This document shows, one piece after another, positions 60,681 to 64,000 of a stretch of 64,000 nt of DNA (position 1 is the first letter of the stretch; every line of letters begins with the position of its first letter). The notes under the pieces are model-generated. The model had not been told where the DNA came from. It saw nothing but the letters and a program-made list of their open reading frames with translations, and searched no databases. Source of the stretch: Eledone cirrhosa (lineage: Eukaryota); assembly GCA_964016885.1 (NCBI GenBank), contig OZ024742.1, forward strand, positions 194,556,001-194,620,000, given 5' to 3'. A program made the translations under genes and the position numbers.

Positions 60681-63600
60681 GCTTTCTTTATTAACCACAA
60701 GGGTTTACATAGAGTAGACATTAAGGACAGTATATGACAATACAGGACCGTACAAATGGGCATTTCTGCGTGTAAAAAACAAGAAACAGAGGATGTAATA
60801 ATAGAACAATGAAAAAATTCCCCAATAGGGGGTGACTTCCGAGGGACATTCGTGGAGAAAGCCCATTAAAAAGCCACAGTGACGCTGACCACCAGGGCAA
60901 GTGCCCTCTCCCAGTTTTCCACCTTTAATTTACAGAAAAAGCCCATTCACTCGGGCCATTCTTGCCTCTCTCACCCATCTTTCAACAAAAAGCTGGGAAG
61001 AGAGCACTTCCCTTTCTACCCTGATTTTCCTTTTCAAATGAAATTTGAAAAAGTTAATCAGGGCATCACCGTAGAGGCAAGTGCTCGTCTTCAGCCCTGT
61101 CAAACGTGTCCACTATACTATCTCTTTCGCCATGGCCACCAGACAGATAAAAACTGCCTGCTCTTCCCGGCTAAAGGAAGAGGGCGGGGCATTCCTCACG
61201 ATGGACTCAGCTGACAGCTGGATCCGTCCTACACGTGACAGTAGGTGTTCGACATAAACCCACAAATCAGCAATGCTCGGACACTGGACGAGTGCGTGCA
61301 GGACGGTTTCGTCGCCCTGCGCGCATCTCGGACATGCCCGGTTGACGGCACCTCCATGGTTGTAGAGTTTATCCCGAACTGGCAAAGCTCCTCGGTAGCA
61401 CTGCCAGGCTAGGGATTTCTGGAAGTTGTCCATAGGCCCCGGCCCGAAAGTTCTTCCGAAGAGATTGGCTAGTTGATTTTCGTCGACGCCTAGAGTTTCA
61501 CCAAGTACGTCGTCGCTCTTCCTCTCCACTAAACCTCTACAGAACGCCAATGTGGAGTTTCCACCGATCACGTTGCCCGATTGGTCAAGGGCTGTGAGCG
61601 CCTGAATGAGATTCCAGTCTCCAAGCGCTCCCTCTCGGTCTTCGCTTGACCAAGTTCTGCAGCTCCGTCAAGGAGACGAGCTGGGGAAAGGCGCGTCTAG
61701 CAAACGGCGACCACACCTGATCACCATCGAGGAAGAGGTGGAGATGTCGTAGCCTGAACGCGTGTCTGCGCATCATCAGCCACGGCATTCCCAGCCCTCC
61801 ACGTAGTGGGTGTTGACAGCAGATGAACCGACTGACCATCGGAGCGCGTCCCCTCGACAAAAAGCGAAAGAGCAAACGCTCCAGCGCAGTCAGGCGGGGC
61901 TTAGGACAAGGTACGACGGTCAGGCGTAAGTAGATGACGGACGCGATATACGCGTTAGCCACCTCCGCTCGACCTTTCAGCGATAGTTTCCTCTCCGCCC
62001 ATTTCTTGGTGAGAGAAGCCACGCTGCTCGTCACATCGTCCCAGTTTTTGTCCGTCTGGAGGTCCGGACCGAACCAGACCCCGAGCAATTTAACCGGTCC
62101 GTCCGTCCAGCGGCCGACGACGCTGTTGGACGGCATAGACCTGCCTCTCCTGGTGCCGAGCTGCAGGCCCACTGACTTTTCCTGGTTGATCATTGCTCCT
62201 GTCACCGCTTCGTATTCTCTTAGTTTTGTGCCGATCGCCTCGATGTGTTTGGCGTTCGACACCACTACGGTGATATTGTCTGCAAAAGCTGACACTGATC
62301 TTCATCATCCTAGTTCGCGCGTGACCCCCCTCAACGTCTCCAGTTTGTGCAGTAATGGCTCGAGAGTCAATACGTACAAGAGGGACCTGAGGGAACATCC
62401 TTGGCGGACCGAACGCATGATGTTGAACGGTTCTGAAAGGTGACCGTTCACTCTCACCACAGAGCAGATGTCGCTGTGCATGGCAGACATCCAGCCCCTG
62501 AAGACGGGCCCAAAGCCAGCCGCCCTCAGGACTGCCGCTAGGTAACGATGGTCGACTCTATCGAAAGCTTTCGACTGATCTAAATTGATCAAGGACCCAC
62601 CCGTGCCAGGTTCCCTAGCTACCCTCTCTACGATGTATCGCATGAGGTGCAGATTGTCGTGGATGGATCTGTCGGGAATGGCGAATATCTGCGACTCTCC
62701 CACCAGACCACCAACGACAAGCACCAACCTCTTTGCTAGCACCTTGGCCAAAATCTTGAACTCTGTGTTTAGCAGAGTTATGGGCCTAAAATCATCTATG
62801 TTATCCCCTTTGTTCGGATCCTTTCTCAGCAGCCCCACATCTCCTCGGCTCACAGAGCTGGGAATTATCCCGTTCTGTTGCCAGTTGCAATAGACGTCCG
62901 CCATGAGGCCTCCAAACAAGTCTGGCATCTGTACGTAAAGTTCATAGGGCAGACCTACCAAACCAGGCGATTTACCTCGTGTGCAGCCAGTCATTGCCTC
63001 CCGTACTTCAGCGGCAGTTATCGGCTTTTCGCAACACTCTGCCTCAGTGGCCGAGAGCCGCGGCAGCCGTCGAGTTAGACACTAAAGTCCATCCCTCGAT
63101 CCGGCCCGCCGCTGCCCCCGAAGAGCTGTGCGAAGTGTCGCTGAAAAGCTTCACACATTTGCCCGGGATCGAATATCATGCGCCTCTCGTGGTCCACCAA
63201 AGGCCGGATCGTGGCTTTGTTGCCATGAAGCGCCTCCGCCACTCGGGCCCATTGAACGGCTTTCGTCCCCTCGTGTCTGAGAGCACGCACCCTAGCTCTG
63301 ACAAGGCAGACTTCGTGCTTTGCATTGAAGAATTGGTCAAGGGCCAATTTCGCCGCAAGTACGTCGGTCGCGATGCCTTTGCTAAGCGCGTCGTCTAATT
63401 TTCTAACTAATTCTCCCTCTGCTCTGTTTTTCTCTAATGCTAAAGCCTTATAAACCTAATGTACTCTATTCTAATTGCTCTTTTCAGAGCAAACCACCAC
63501 TTGTTGTTGACGATGGCCCCCGTCAACGCCCGCTTAACTAGTTCGCTAATCCGATCTATGTAGTCCTTGCGCGCATGTAAGGACGCGTTTAACTTCCAGT

Positions 63601-64000
63601 AGCCGGGTCCTCGTCTATGAAGCCTATCTAAGTCAAGCACACAGATCACGAATTTGTGGTCCATGTAGCTGACTATCTTGAATTATGAACAGCCTATGCT
63701 AGACCTATCTATTTCCCTACAAAATACTCTATCTAGATATGATATGGATGACTCTATGCGATTTGTCCAAGTCCTCATTGGCACATTCGGGAAATCCAAT
63801 CGGTACCTGTCAGACAGTTCAAAACGCCTGAGCAGGTTGGTGAGGCTTTGCACCCTCCTCCCCTATTCGCTAATCCCACACAGTCCCAGCGTGCATCTAA
63901 GATCCCGTTCCAGTCGCCCACTAACACTAAAGAGTAGGACGTTCCAAGAAAGGCCTCCAGACCCCGGAAGTAATCAGGCCGCCCTGTCCTGTCGGGGCAT
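60681..64000 (-). mobile_element. Tx1/L1-clade LINE ORF2 (APE endonuclease end, RT, zinc finger) and 3' UTR; frameshifted; continues past the window
   Basis: GDWN, DHKFV..GPGYWKLNASL, GKSPG..GLPYELY, FRPITLLNTEFKILAK, LDQSKAFDRVDH, VRQGC, FADN, CPRC..ETVLHALVQC; AATAAA near 60690 adjoining (TAA)n. Confidence 0.92.

Overview
AT-rich, microsatellite-saturated eukaryotic DNA. The SINE families and the (TA)n/(CA)n load suggest an octopus or other coleoid genome, but this is an inference. Nearly all listed ORFs are microsatellite read-throughs or antisense shadows of transposons, and no intact host gene can be supported; there is one weak candidate signal-peptide exon. Decayed mobile elements present: R4/Dong-like, CR1, RTE, CRE-like and Tx1/L1 non-LTR retrotransposons, mariner, maT-like, pogo/Tc2-like and hAT DNA transposons, a non-autonomous Helitron, and tRNA-derived SINEs. 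The dominant pattern is a set of Penelope-like elements (PLE; RT plus GIY-YIG remnants) and their non-coding ends. These carry about 30 type-I hammerhead ribozyme motifs read by eye, including degenerate and mirrored copies. Most ends abut (TA)n arrays and many form fold-back palindromes. Highlights: a non-coding 525-bp tandem unit delimited by two intact hammerheads (retrozyme/circRNA-like), recurrent non-canonical hammerhead cores (UUGAAAA with GAAA or GCAA; CUGAAUGA), palindromes centred on a ribozyme stem II, and an E2F/CCAAT/E-box cluster inside one PLE terminal repeat. All folds and family calls were made by eye; none was computed or searched.
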